Part shown: piece by piece, positions 16,156 to 24,644 of the stretch
Layout: every line of letters starts with the position of its first letter
Numbering within the stretch: position 1 is the stretch's first letter
Virus genome (UHGV): UHGV-2020843
Direction: 5' to 3' (one strand)
DNA: 24,644 nucleotides
Source of the DNA: a virus
Notes under the pieces: generated by a model
Seen by the model: only the letters and a program-made list of their open reading frames with translations
What the model was told of the DNA's origin: nothing
The model's database searches: none
Translations under genes and position numbers: made by a program

Positions 16156-18345
16156 TCAATGTCGTCTAATACCGAGCGCGCGCCTGATAAACATCTGATC
16201 AACGTACCCAATCGATCTACTCCAAATGTCCTGAGTATCCCGAAGATACTGGCTCAACTCATCCACATCAGCCTCGTCGGAAAATTCCAGCAAGTCTACC
16301 AGTCGGTGTAACGTCTGAATGGGAATGCCAATCTCTTCTAAGGCATTGACACCTGGTGGTAGATGGAAACTTTCGAACGCCAATTTGACATGTGTGTAAT
16401 CGACTTTGCTGCGTATACCACGCTTTACAGCGTGGTGTTTAACTACATCCTCCATCAAGCTGAGCACCTTAGGTAGGGTATAGCCGAAGGTATTGGTTAT
16501 GAGCTTCAAATCATTGTTGAGGGCAATGGAAAGAGTACGTTTCTCCCCTTCAGAAATCCACTGTCGTGCATAATCGATCTGATTTTTCAGATATTCCGAA
16601 TAACTTTCAGCACTTAAATAGCCGGCAAGTTTTGCGATCATGACATCCGTAGGCTTAACAGGGACCCCATTGCGACTGAACGTATGGGGAACCAGTCTGG
16701 CAATGATCTTTGCAAAGGTCTTGAGGAAGTTTGTCGCGGGAGTCCAGTGAAACACTAACGAGGAAAATTCGTTATCGTCCATCATCTCGAACATGCTTTG
16801 CAGCATTTCGAACTGCTCGACACGGAAGTACGAATGCTTCTTCACAAGGTCGATGGAAACACGGTCGTTTATGAAAACCTCATCAAAGCGATCCTGTGAA
16901 AACTCGGACAAGTGGTCTGGTTGAACGCTGGCTAACAGGTTGATTGGGGTATCAATGCCCTGAATACCGAGCGGAATATCCACCTCTTGATTGAGATTGT
17001 CTTCCGGGATTTCCTCCAGGCAAAAGATTTTGCCGACGAAGTGAACGCCCATGCGCCCGGCGCGACCTTTGATGTTCCCATGGGTGAATTTGTCAATGCT
17101 GCGAGTTCCATCGCGGTTGTCGTAGATCACAACGTTCTTAGCGATAGTGTTGACTCCTTCAATGATCGTGGAGGTGCAGAGCAAAAAGCGCAGTTTTCCA
17201 GCATTGAATTGGTCGGCAGTGTATTGCTGCAGTGCCCTCGGTAGCGCGCCAAAATGCAAGCCAATACCGTTTCTAAGGGCGACTGTGTAATCCCAGTCGG
17301 CATCGAACTCTTCGCTGACCCAGTCGACATGGGGATTCTCAGTCGGAGTGCCATGCCCAAGCCTGATCAGCTCGCGCGCCACCAGGCCCGCAACAGTTGG
17401 TGACTTGCAATAAATGATCGTTGCGTCGACACATGCGTGCGCGATTTCCCCCAGCGCTTTGAGCTTGGCTTTGTCGTCATTCGCTTTGATGCCGAACGTC
17501 TTAACATCTAGCGCGACTGTATTGAAGTCGGTAGAAACGAAAGTATGCGGATATCCAAGTTTTTCGAGACCGCGAATGCTGTTAACGAACGGTCCCGTCA
17601 GGTAAAACTGCCTGGAGACCTTAAGCAGTTTGCTTAACGCAATGTTGAGCTCGATGACTCGTTCGTCTTGATGATCAATGTCCCCGCTTTTCAGTTGTCG
17701 GAACGCCAACTTGTAAAACTCGTCAATGACGAAGAGGTCAATGTCGACGATGTCGTCACGCTCGTTCACTCGCTCCTGAGTTAACACATAAACAGCCTGA
17801 TCGGAATGGCACACTTGGGAACTGTGGTGGATGATCTGATATCGGTCACCGAATCGCTCTTGCAGTCGGCGACGGGTTTCGTCGGCAAGAGCCACGGTTG
17901 GAACAACCAGAACAAGCCGTTTCAAAGTTCCCATGCCGAGCAATGAATCGACGATTGCACTTTTGCCCATGCTTGTAGGTGCACTCAGCACCACGTTTTG
18001 ACCAGACTTGAGCAGATCGAATATGTGGAACTGCATTGAGTGGAAAACATAACCATCCGAGAATGGCGTCCGGTATAGCTCAAGCACCCTCAGGTCATCC
18101 GGTGTCAGGCTGGTGAACTCCTTTTTGAGATACGGGAACAAACCTGATTTTCTCACCATATTTTTCAAAATTGTGGTGTGCTCGGAAAACCGCTCGCGCG
18201 AATCGAGAGCTCGCACGATCAAGTCCCGTCCCAAGTCATACGAAACAGGGTTAGACAACAGCTTGTTAACCGCAAACAGATAATTGAACGATGAGAAGTC
18301 CTCACCCTGCAGGCTATGTTTCGCCTGTTCATAGATCTCTGTCAT
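16156..18345 (-). CDS. yfjK: SF2 helicase YfjK (AbpB), Hachiman-type defence helicase HamB homologue
   Basis: 729 aa with Walker A LSAPTSMGKS and DEAD/DExH-like VIDEFYKL; ATGA overlap with the upstream yfjL stop. Confidence 0.85.
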   Translation of the reverse strand: MTEIYEQAKHSLQGEDFSSFNYLFAVNKLLSNPVSYDLGRDLIVRALDSRERFSEHTTILKNMVRKSGLFPYLKKEFTSLTPDDLRVLELYRTPFSDGYVFHSMQFHIFDLLKSGQNVVLSAPTSMGKSAIVDSLLGMGTLKRLVLVVPTVALADETRRRLQERFGDRYQIIHHSSQVCHSDQAVYVLTQERVNERDDIVDIDLFVIDEFYKLAFRQLKSGDIDHQDERVIELNIALSKLLKVSRQFYLTGPFVNSIRGLEKLGYPHTFVSTDFNTVALDVKTFGIKANDDKAKLKALGEIAHACVDATIIYCKSPTVAGLVARELIRLGHGTPTENPHVDWVSEEFDADWDYTVALRNGIGLHFGALPRALQQYTADQFNAGKLRFLLCTSTIIEGVNTIAKNVVIYDNRDGTRSIDKFTHGNIKGRAGRMGVHFVGKIFCLEEIPEDNLNQEVDIPLGIQGIDTPINLLASVQPDHLSEFSQDRFDEVFINDRVSIDLVKKHSYFRVEQFEMLQSMFEMMDDNEFSSLVFHWTPATNFLKTFAKIIARLVPHTFSRNGVPVKPTDVMIAKLAGYLSAESYSEYLKNQIDYARQWISEGEKRTLSIALNNDLKLITNTFGYTLPKVLSLMEDVVKHHAVKRGIRSKVDYTHVKLAFESFHLPPGVNALEEIGIPIQTLHRLVDLLEFSDEADVDELSQYLRDTQDIWSRSIGYVDQMFIRRALGIRRH

Positions 18346-19958
18346 ACGACCTCTCTCACCTTCTCATCAACTAATTGGGTTAACCGCTCAAGACTCGGGG
18401 CTGGATAAATGAATACGTGGATGCAAAGATTCGCAAACGGCGAATCCTCGATGAGGTCAGCCGCGAATTTTTCGAACAGCACCGCTGTTTCTTTCTCCAG
18501 GTCATCCTCGAACCCCGGCGTTTCAGGCTCGGTTAGTAGATTAGAGTCGTAGCCCACGAACAGAACAAACGTGAAACGATCGAGGTGAGCATCGAAAGGT
18601 TGGCTGCCATCAAGAATTTCGTCAATGTCGTGGCGAAGCAGGTAGTTATCGTCTTTAATGTCGAGGATTTTTTTGCGCGCGGTATCGATGCAATCCGAAA
18701 TGTCCTCGTACAACTGATCCCGTATCTCCGGCAATCTGACGGCAATGTTAATATCAGTCACCAACTCGCTGAAGCCAATCCAAAGCTGATCACCTTCTGG
18801 ATCGCGGCGAACGATATGCACGTTTTCAAGAATTTTTTCGGCCCCTGCTTTTTCCACGTATAGCATGCAAGGAATAGGCTGGCTTTCGTGGTGCTGCCGG
18901 ATCGTTGCGTGCAACAGCACTCGACCCAAAAATTCGCTGACGTCATGGAGCGATTTGAAGACGGAATTCTTTAGTCGTTCTCGCTTTTCAATGAATGTCA
19001 GTTTATGAATATCAGACATTTCTTTTGGTCGGAGAAAAACCTCATCCAACCATTGACAGACGTTATCCGCGATGTGCTTGTAGCGGTATTTCTTAAGTGA
19101 GTACTGCTGATGTAGAACCTGGCCTTTACGCTTAGCGCAGACCGAAGCCATAGGCGCTCTAAATGGCGTAAGGATGTGGGGTAAGTCCCGTTTGACGTAG
19201 ATTTTGCGGCCTGACCGAGATTGGTCATCTTCGACACGCTGCTTGAACCACTCAAGTAGGTCTGGTCGTAAGTAGGACTTGTCATCAGCACTGTGAATGC
19301 GTCGAGAATGCTCGCCCTTGCGCGTCACAGTATCAAGGATGCGGCACCAAATGTCTTCGGCGACGGTTTCGGAACTGAGAATGACCCCATGTAGATCTTG
19401 GGAGGCCAGCCGTATGTTCTTGATCCCTAGAAGTTCCAGTTCGCGCAGGGATGAAAACACTTCCCATGTAGCCGCATCGATCCAATCTGAAACGCTTATA
19501 CCTGAGTCTGTTAAAAAATTGTCTGTGCGTTTGTTGAGGTCATCGATGAGTTCCTGTCGACCTGGCTTATCTAGTCGGGCGTTTGGGCTGATCGTCAAGT
19601 ACTCAAGGGTTTTGTTGACCTTTTCCTCTGTGACGATGGAGTACCTACGTCCAAGGGACAGGTCAGACTCACACTGCATTGATTTGTGCAAAATTGAACT
19701 GCAGGGGATCGTCTTTTTATCAGCACCTTTTGAATTCTGAACGATGTCCGAAATGTTCCAACGTGTTTTGCCGGTGCTTTTTACCTGAACGAAGTCGATG
19801 TATCCATCAGATACAATGTCGATATCGTCTGTGACCTCGCAGCGCACACTGCGGATAGTCTTGTCACGAAGCATTCGGGTGACATGGTAAGCGGCTACGC
19901 AGTCCTGAAATAAGAAACCGTGCTTGGCGGCTACTCCGCCTGAATCGTTCGACTCCAT
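18342..19958 (-). CDS. yfjL: YfjL (AbpA), Hachiman-type defence effector HamA homologue (DUF1837-type)
   Basis: 538-aa ORF immediately upstream of and translationally coupled to the helicase, in the conserved CP4-57 position. Confidence 0.8.
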   Translation of the reverse strand: MESNDSGGVAAKHGFLFQDCVAAYHVTRMLRDKTIRSVRCEVTDDIDIVSDGYIDFVQVKSTGKTRWNISDIVQNSKGADKKTIPCSSILHKSMQCESDLSLGRRYSIVTEEKVNKTLEYLTISPNARLDKPGRQELIDDLNKRTDNFLTDSGISVSDWIDAATWEVFSSLRELELLGIKNIRLASQDLHGVILSSETVAEDIWCRILDTVTRKGEHSRRIHSADDKSYLRPDLLEWFKQRVEDDQSRSGRKIYVKRDLPHILTPFRAPMASVCAKRKGQVLHQQYSLKKYRYKHIADNVCQWLDEVFLRPKEMSDIHKLTFIEKRERLKNSVFKSLHDVSEFLGRVLLHATIRQHHESQPIPCMLYVEKAGAEKILENVHIVRRDPEGDQLWIGFSELVTDINIAVRLPEIRDQLYEDISDCIDTARKKILDIKDDNYLLRHDIDEILDGSQPFDAHLDRFTFVLFVGYDSNLLTEPETPGFEDDLEKETAVLFEKFAADLIEDSPFANLCIHVFIYPAPSLERLTQLVDEKVREVV

Positions 19959-20217
19959 TTAGACATCCGTGACAATTTTGCGAAAATTAAGGAGATGTTA
20001 TGACACAGTCCAATCGGATCACTGCATCATCACCAGTGATCTAAATACTTCACAGCCATTCTCGGTCGCAGGTATCAAGCTTTTCAGGATTCCACAAATA
20101 TTGTAACCCTGACGTCTAATTTGGTTATATAACATACTGCCCCAACTAACGTAAGGTAGGCACAGCCTTAATCAAGGTTTTGGTTTTCAAATAGTTCAGA
20201 GCTGAGACCGCCAACCG

Positions 20218-20284
20218 CACTATGGCACTATGGCACTATGGCACTATGGCACTATGGCACTATGGCACTATGGCACTATGGCAC
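20218..20284. repeat. Perfect tandem octamer repeat (TATGGCAC) x 8, intergenic
   Basis: Eight uninterrupted copies of TATGGCAC (20221-20284) preceded by a partial CAC; lies between the yfjM stop and the yfjL start. Confidence 0.95.
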
Positions 20285-20333
20285 CGCCAGCGATTGTAAT
20301 CACACTTGATATTATAAAACACAGTTGCACGCA

Positions 20334-20597
20334 TTATTTCCTGGTTGGTAGGGTCATATCTCGATGCTCTTTGAGCAATGTCAACATCGCGTGTTCATGG
20401 CTTTCTATATTGTTGATGCCTTGCCCATCCGGACCCCACTCCTTATAGCTCATCATGATGGCTTGTTTTGGGCTCTCTGCTCGTTCTGTTTCGACGTAGA
20501 ATTTTTTCTTGTCTGCTGGCGAATAATTACTAAGTATCGAGTTGCTGCTTGGTGAGATCAGGAAGAGGTTACCGAAACGATGGACATCATCCCCCAT
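20334..20597 (-). CDS. yfjM: Small uncharacterised island protein YfjM
   Basis: 87-aa ORF in the CP4-57 position between yfjL and rnlA. Confidence 0.6.
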
Positions 20598-20738
20598 TTT
20601 GTGGACTGCCCCCCCGGTAGACGATCCTGCCCTATAGTTGGAGTGCCCCCTATTCAGGTGGCTAAATTTAGCAAATCAATACACTTCAGGGGGGTATTAT
20701 TGTAGAGTTTCCCCATATGTTTCTATGGGATCCAGGAA

Positions 20739-21812
20739 ATGACAATCAGGAGTTACAAAAACTTAAATCTGGTCAGGGCAAATATCGAGACTGAATCCAG
20801 ACAATTCATTGAAAATAAAAACTATTCAATCCAATCAATTGGTCCTATGCCAGGGTCAAGGGCTGGGCTTCGGGTCGTATTTACCAGACCAGGGGTTAAC
20901 TTGGCAACTGTGGACATTTTTTATAACGGGGACGGTTCGACTACAATTCAATATCTCACTGGAGCCAATCGTTCTCTGGGCCAAGAGTTAGCGGATCATC
21001 TTTTTGAAACCATCAATCCTGCTGAATTTGAGCAGGTAAATATGGTACTGCAAGGATTTGTAGAGACAAGCGTTCTACCTGTACTTGAGCTATCAGCAGA
21101 TGAATCGCATATAGAGTTCAGAGAACACTCTCGTAACGCTCATACCGTAGTGTGGAAAATTATTTCCACCAGCTATCAGGACGAATTGACTGTGAGCCTG
21201 CATATCACAACAGGTAAGCTCCAGATTCAGGGCCGACCGCTGTCATGTTACAGAGTTTTCACGTTTAACTTGGCAGCCCTGCTTGATTTACAGGGTTTGG
21301 AGAAAGTGCTAATCCGCCAGGAGGATGGTAAAGCTAATATTGTTCAACAGGAGGTTGCCCGCACTTACTTGCAGACTGTAATGGCCGATGCTTACCCGCA
21401 TCTCCACGTGACTGCCGAAAAATTGCTCGTTTCAGGGCTATGTGTTAAACTCGCCGCCCCTGATTTGCCTGACTACTGTATGTTACTTTATCCTGAACTA
21501 CGCACCATTGAAGGTGTCTTAAAAAGTAAGATGAGTGGGTTAGGCATGCCAGTACAGCAGCCGGCAGGTTTTGGAACTTACTTTGATAAACCTGCTGCTC
21601 ATTACATTCTGAAACCGCAATTTGCAGCTACTCTTAGACCGGAACAGATTAACATCATCAGCACAGCCTATACTTTTTTTAATGTGGAACGTCATTCTCT
21701 GTTCCACATGGAAACTGTGGTCGATGCCAGCCGTATGATTTCTGATATGGCCCGGTTGATGGGTAAAGCCACTAGAGCGTGGGGAATAATCAAGGACTTA
21801 TATATTGTTTGA
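20739..21812 (+). CDS. rnlA: RnlA toxin (RNase LS endoribonuclease)
   Basis: 357 aa starting MTIRSYKNLNLVRANIETESRQFIENKNYS; followed by overlapping antitoxin gene. Confidence 0.85.
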   Translation: MTIRSYKNLNLVRANIETESRQFIENKNYSIQSIGPMPGSRAGLRVVFTRPGVNLATVDIFYNGDGSTTIQYLTGANRSLGQELADHLFETINPAEFEQVNMVLQGFVETSVLPVLELSADESHIEFREHSRNAHTVVWKIISTSYQDELTVSLHITTGKLQIQGRPLSCYRVFTFNLAALLDLQGLEKVLIRQEDGKANIVQQEVARTYLQTVMADAYPHLHVTAEKLLVSGLCVKLAAPDLPDYCMLLYPELRTIEGVLKSKMSGLGMPVQQPAGFGTYFDKPAAHYILKPQFAATLRPEQINIISTAYTFFNVERHSLFHMETVVDASRMISDMARLMGKATRAWGIIKDLYIV

Positions 21813-22176
21813 AATCACCGGAATTAACGTCTCAGGGGCTCTAAAAGCTGTCGTTATGGCGACCGGCTTCGAGAACCCTTTGTCCTCAGTTAATGAAATT
21901 GAGACGAAACTTTCTGCCCTACTGGGTAGTGAGACCACTGGTGAAATCCTTTTTGACCTCTTGTGCGCTAACGGTCCAGAGTGGAACCGCTTCGTTACGC
22001 TGGAAATGAAATATGGCCGGATCATGCTGGATACGGCCAAAATTATTGATGAGCAGGACGTTCCGACACATATCCTGAGCAAACTGACTTTTACTTTACG
22101 TAATCATCCTGAGTACCTAGAAGCCTCTGTTTTGTCTCCCGATGATGTACGCCAAGTCCTGTCAATGGATTTTTGA
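21805..22176 (+). CDS. rnlB: RnlB antitoxin
   Basis: 123-aa ORF overlapping the rnlA 3' end by 8 nt; canonical toxin-then-antitoxin order of the rnlAB module. Confidence 0.8.
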   Translation: MFEITGINVSGALKAVVMATGFENPLSSVNEIETKLSALLGSETTGEILFDLLCANGPEWNRFVTLEMKYGRIMLDTAKIIDEQDVPTHILSKLTFTLRNHPEYLEASVLSPDDVRQVLSMDF

Positions 22177-22478
22177 AACTCTTCTTTCTAAACGAACCAG
22201 TATAGAATTCGCCCTTTTGGCATGATATTAACTTGTCCAATATGATCAAATAGCATTAACCCCCCCTCACAACGTCCTGCATAGGGAACACGTTTTCCCC
22301 TGTGCACCCACGACTAAATTTCCCCCCCTTTAAACTTCTCAATAATGTCACCAATTTTCTGGAAATCCTATGATGCCTTTCCCGGTAAATGGTGCTGTGA
22401 GTTCAGAAAGATTCTGCAATCTATGTGCATTGAAAAAATCTTCAGATAGATATCATTCTCCTGAACAATCCGATGAAC

Positions 22479-22511
22479 GGCAGAACCTCGCGGTTCTGCC
22501 GTTTTTGTTTT
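22479..22511 (+). terminator. Intrinsic terminator-like hairpin in the leader immediately upstream of yfjP
   Basis: GGCAGAACC-TCGC-GGTTCTGCC followed by GTTTTTGTTTT; ends 10 nt before the yfjP ribosome-binding site. Confidence 0.6.
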
Positions 22512-22530
22512 ACTTTTCAGAGGAGTGGTG

Positions 22531-23394
22531 ATGAAAAATTTTGAAGTTCTGCAGCCACTACAGAACTCCCTTTCCGGTCTACCGCTATGGGTATCTGAAC
22601 GTATATTGCAGCAGATAAATCAGTTAACCCACTACGAGCCAGTGATCGGCATCATGGGTAAAACTGGGGCGGGAAAGAGTAGCCTTTGCAATGCCCTGTT
22701 TGCCGGTGAAGTATCGCCGGTCAGCGATGTAGCGGCCTGTACACGTGATCCTTTACGCTTTCGCCTGCAGATTGGAGAACACTTTATGACCATCGTGGAT
22801 CTGCCCGGCGTGGGCGAAAGTGGCGTTCGCGATACCGAGTATGCTGCGCTGTACCGCGAACAACTTCCCCGGCTCGACCTGATTCTGTGGCTGATTAAGG
22901 CTGATGATCGGGCACTGGCGACTGATGAGCATTTTTACCGTCAGGTGATTGGCGAAGCATACCGGCATAAGATGCTGTTTGTTATCAGCCAGTCAGACAA
23001 AGCTGAACCCACCAGCGGTGGAAATATCCTTTCCACAGAGCAGAAACAAAATATCAGCCGCAAAATCTGCCTGCTGCATGAGCTATTCCAGCCCGTGCAT
23101 CCGGTGTGTGCCGTGTCGGTTCGCCTGCAGTGGGGACTAAGGGTGATGGCAGAGCGGATGATTAAGTGTCTGCCGCGTGAGGCCAGCAGCCCGGTAGTAG
23201 CGCTACTGCAACATCCCTTTCGAACAACGGTAGCCCGGGAGCAGGCACGTGACGATTTCGGTGAAACCGTAGGTGCCATACTCGATACGGTAAGCACCTT
23301 TCCCCTTATTCCCGCCCCGGTGCGGACCATTATTCAGGCCGTGCGTTCCTCGGTGGTGTCAGTGGCCCGCGCTGTCTGGGATTTCTTCTTCTGA
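22531..23394 (+). CDS. yfjP: YfjP, predicted GTPase (YeeP/YkfA paralogue family)
   Basis: P-loop GIMGKTGAGKSSL and DLPG G3-like motif; 287 aa from ATG at 22531 with AGGAG ribosome-binding site. Confidence 0.8.
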   Translation: MKNFEVLQPLQNSLSGLPLWVSERILQQINQLTHYEPVIGIMGKTGAGKSSLCNALFAGEVSPVSDVAACTRDPLRFRLQIGEHFMTIVDLPGVGESGVRDTEYAALYREQLPRLDLILWLIKADDRALATDEHFYRQVIGEAYRHKMLFVISQSDKAEPTSGGNILSTEQKQNISRKICLLHELFQPVHPVCAVSVRLQWGLRVMAERMIKCLPREASSPVVALLQHPFRTTVAREQARDDFGETVGAILDTVSTFPLIPAPVRTIIQAVRSSVVSVARAVWDFFF

Positions 23395-23485
23395 GTGTTT
23401 AATTCTGCCCTATTATTCTCCGAGCCCTGTCGCAAGTGCGGCAGGGCTTTCTTTATTTGTTTTACCCATACTGAGGAGTCTGCTT

Positions 23486-24307
23486 ATGACCCGTCTGGCT
23501 TCGCGCTTTGGCGCTGCAAATCTTATTCGCCGTGACCGTCCGTTAACCCGTGAAGAGTTATTTCGCGTGGTGCCCAGCGTATTCAGTGAGGATAAACACG
23601 AATCCCGCAGTGAACGCTACACGTATATACCCACAATTTCCCTGCTGGACAGCCTGCAGCGGGAAGGCTTCCAGCCATTCTTTGCCTGTCAGACACGGGT
23701 ACGTGACCCCCGTCGTCGTGAGCATACTAAGCATATGCTGCGCCTACGTCGGGAGGGGCAAATTACCGGTAAACAGGTTCCGGAAATTATCCTGCTTAAC
23801 TCTCACGATGGCACCAGTTCGTACCAGATGCTGCCGGGCATGTTCAGGGCGGTGTGCCAGAACGGTCTGGTCTGCGGCGAGTCGTTTGGCGAGGTGCGGG
23901 TGCCACACAAGGGGGATGTGGTGAGTCAGGTTATTGAGGGGGCGTATGAAGTGCTGGGGATTTTTGAGCGTGTGGAAGAAAAGAGGGATGCCATGCAGTC
24001 GTTGCTTTTACCGCCACCTGTGCAGCAGGCACTGGCAAAAGCAGCGCTTACGTATCGCTTTGGTGAGGACCACCAGCCGGTTACTGAATCGCAGATACTC
24101 TCCCCACGCCGCTGGCAGGATGAGAGCAATGACCTTTGGACCACCTATCAGCGGATTCAAGAAAACCTGATTAAGGGCGGACTCAGTGGGCGTAATGCTA
24201 AAGGCGGACGAACTCATACTCGTGCCGTGCGTGGCATTGACGGGGATGTGAAGCTTAACCGTGCGCTGTGGGTGATGGCAGAAACACTGCTCACGCAACT
24301 GCAGTAG
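23486..24307 (+). CDS. yfjQ: YfjQ, DUF932-family protein
   Basis: 273-aa ORF following yfjP, matching CP4-57 order; GAGGAG ribosome-binding site. Confidence 0.75.
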   Translation: MTRLASRFGAANLIRRDRPLTREELFRVVPSVFSEDKHESRSERYTYIPTISLLDSLQREGFQPFFACQTRVRDPRRREHTKHMLRLRREGQITGKQVPEIILLNSHDGTSSYQMLPGMFRAVCQNGLVCGESFGEVRVPHKGDVVSQVIEGAYEVLGIFERVEEKRDAMQSLLLPPPVQQALAKAALTYRFGEDHQPVTESQILSPRRWQDESNDLWTTYQRIQENLIKGGLSGRNAKGGRTHTRAVRGIDGDVKLNRALWVMAETLLTQLQ

Positions 24308-24523
24308 ACGTTTCATGTTGCCACGTTGTTAATATCGGACACCACCTGTCCGCATCGCTATGTGCTCGTGTGCCTCAATCCCCCGGTTATAGCTTTTAAC
24401 CCCCGTTACATCTGGCTTTTGCAGAAATAAAAAATAGTTTCTGCGTTGTCCATACCCTGTCCGCCCCCCTCTTTAAAGTAATCACATCATTTTCAGTCAG
24501 TTAACTTTCCTGGAGAATCTCTC

Positions 24524-24644
24524 ATGACACAGGCAGAACGCCGCCATGACCGGCTGGCTGTCAGGCTGTCACTGATAATCAGCCGTCTGGTTGCGGGTGA
24601 AACGTTGAGCGTGCGCAAACTGGCGGCTGAGTTTGGCGTGTCAG
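24524..24644 (+). CDS. yfjR: YfjR N-terminus (DeoR-type HTH regulator), truncated by window end
   Basis: ATG at 24524 with GGAG ribosome-binding site; [43 protein letters not shown]-like start. Confidence 0.7.

Larger units (their letters stand above)
10964..24644. mobile_element. CP4-57-like integrative island (cryptic prophage), left portion; continues beyond window end
   Basis: Gene order intA-yfjH-alpA-yfjI-yfjJ-yfjK-yfjL-yfjM-rnlA-rnlB-yfjP-yfjQ-yfjR, with protein lengths and N-termini matching my recollection of E. coli K-12 CP4-57. Confidence 0.8.

Noticed and set aside
20000-20044. 14-aa plus-strand mini-ORF with a strong AAGGAG ribosome-binding site, divergent from the yfjL start
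   Set aside because: Too short to support as a gene from sequence alone; the Shine-Dalgarno-like match may be coincidental. Ribosome profiling could revisit it.
20218-20284. Possible CRISPR array
   Set aside because: The repeats are 8 bp, directly abutting with no spacers, and there are no cas genes; this is a simple tandem repeat, not CRISPR.
20230-20448. 72-aa ORF beginning MALWHYGTMALWHYGT
   Set aside because: The repetitive N-terminus is just translation of the TATGGCAC tandem repeat, and the rest runs antisense into yfjM; artefact of the repeat.

Overview
The window holds two adjacent integrative elements joined at a tmRNA (ssrA) attachment-site core. All calls are from reading the sequence and recalled protein families; no database search was run. 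(1) Positions 1-10760 look like the right arm of a lambdoid prophage, read mostly on the minus strand: a partial first late-region gene, an intrinsic terminator, a lambda Q-family antiterminator, a translationally coupled helicase-primase replication operon carrying an uncharacterised 286-aa gene, a divergent cro/cI immunity switch with three related operator half-palindromes, a terminator and PL-like promoter with a perfect 14-bp palindromic operator, about nine small early ORFs (including a candidate RelE/HigB-like toxin), xis, a tyrosine integrase, and a 36-nt copy of the ssrA 3' end. (2) Positions 10964-24644 match the gene order and recalled protein lengths and N-termini of the E. coli CP4-57 island: intA, yfjH, alpA, yfjI, yfjJ, yfjK, yfjL, yfjM, rnlA, rnlB, yfjP, yfjQ and the start of yfjR. 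The yfjL/yfjK pair is the AbpAB anti-phage system, a Hachiman-type defence (HamA-like protein plus SF2 helicase); rnlAB is a known toxin-antitoxin/anti-phage pair. The most promising leads that are not explained by known annotation are an eight-copy TATGGCAC tandem repeat upstream of the Hachiman operon, the candidate toxin module and small acidic ORFs in the prophage early operon, and the uncharacterised 286-aa gene coupled between primase and Q.
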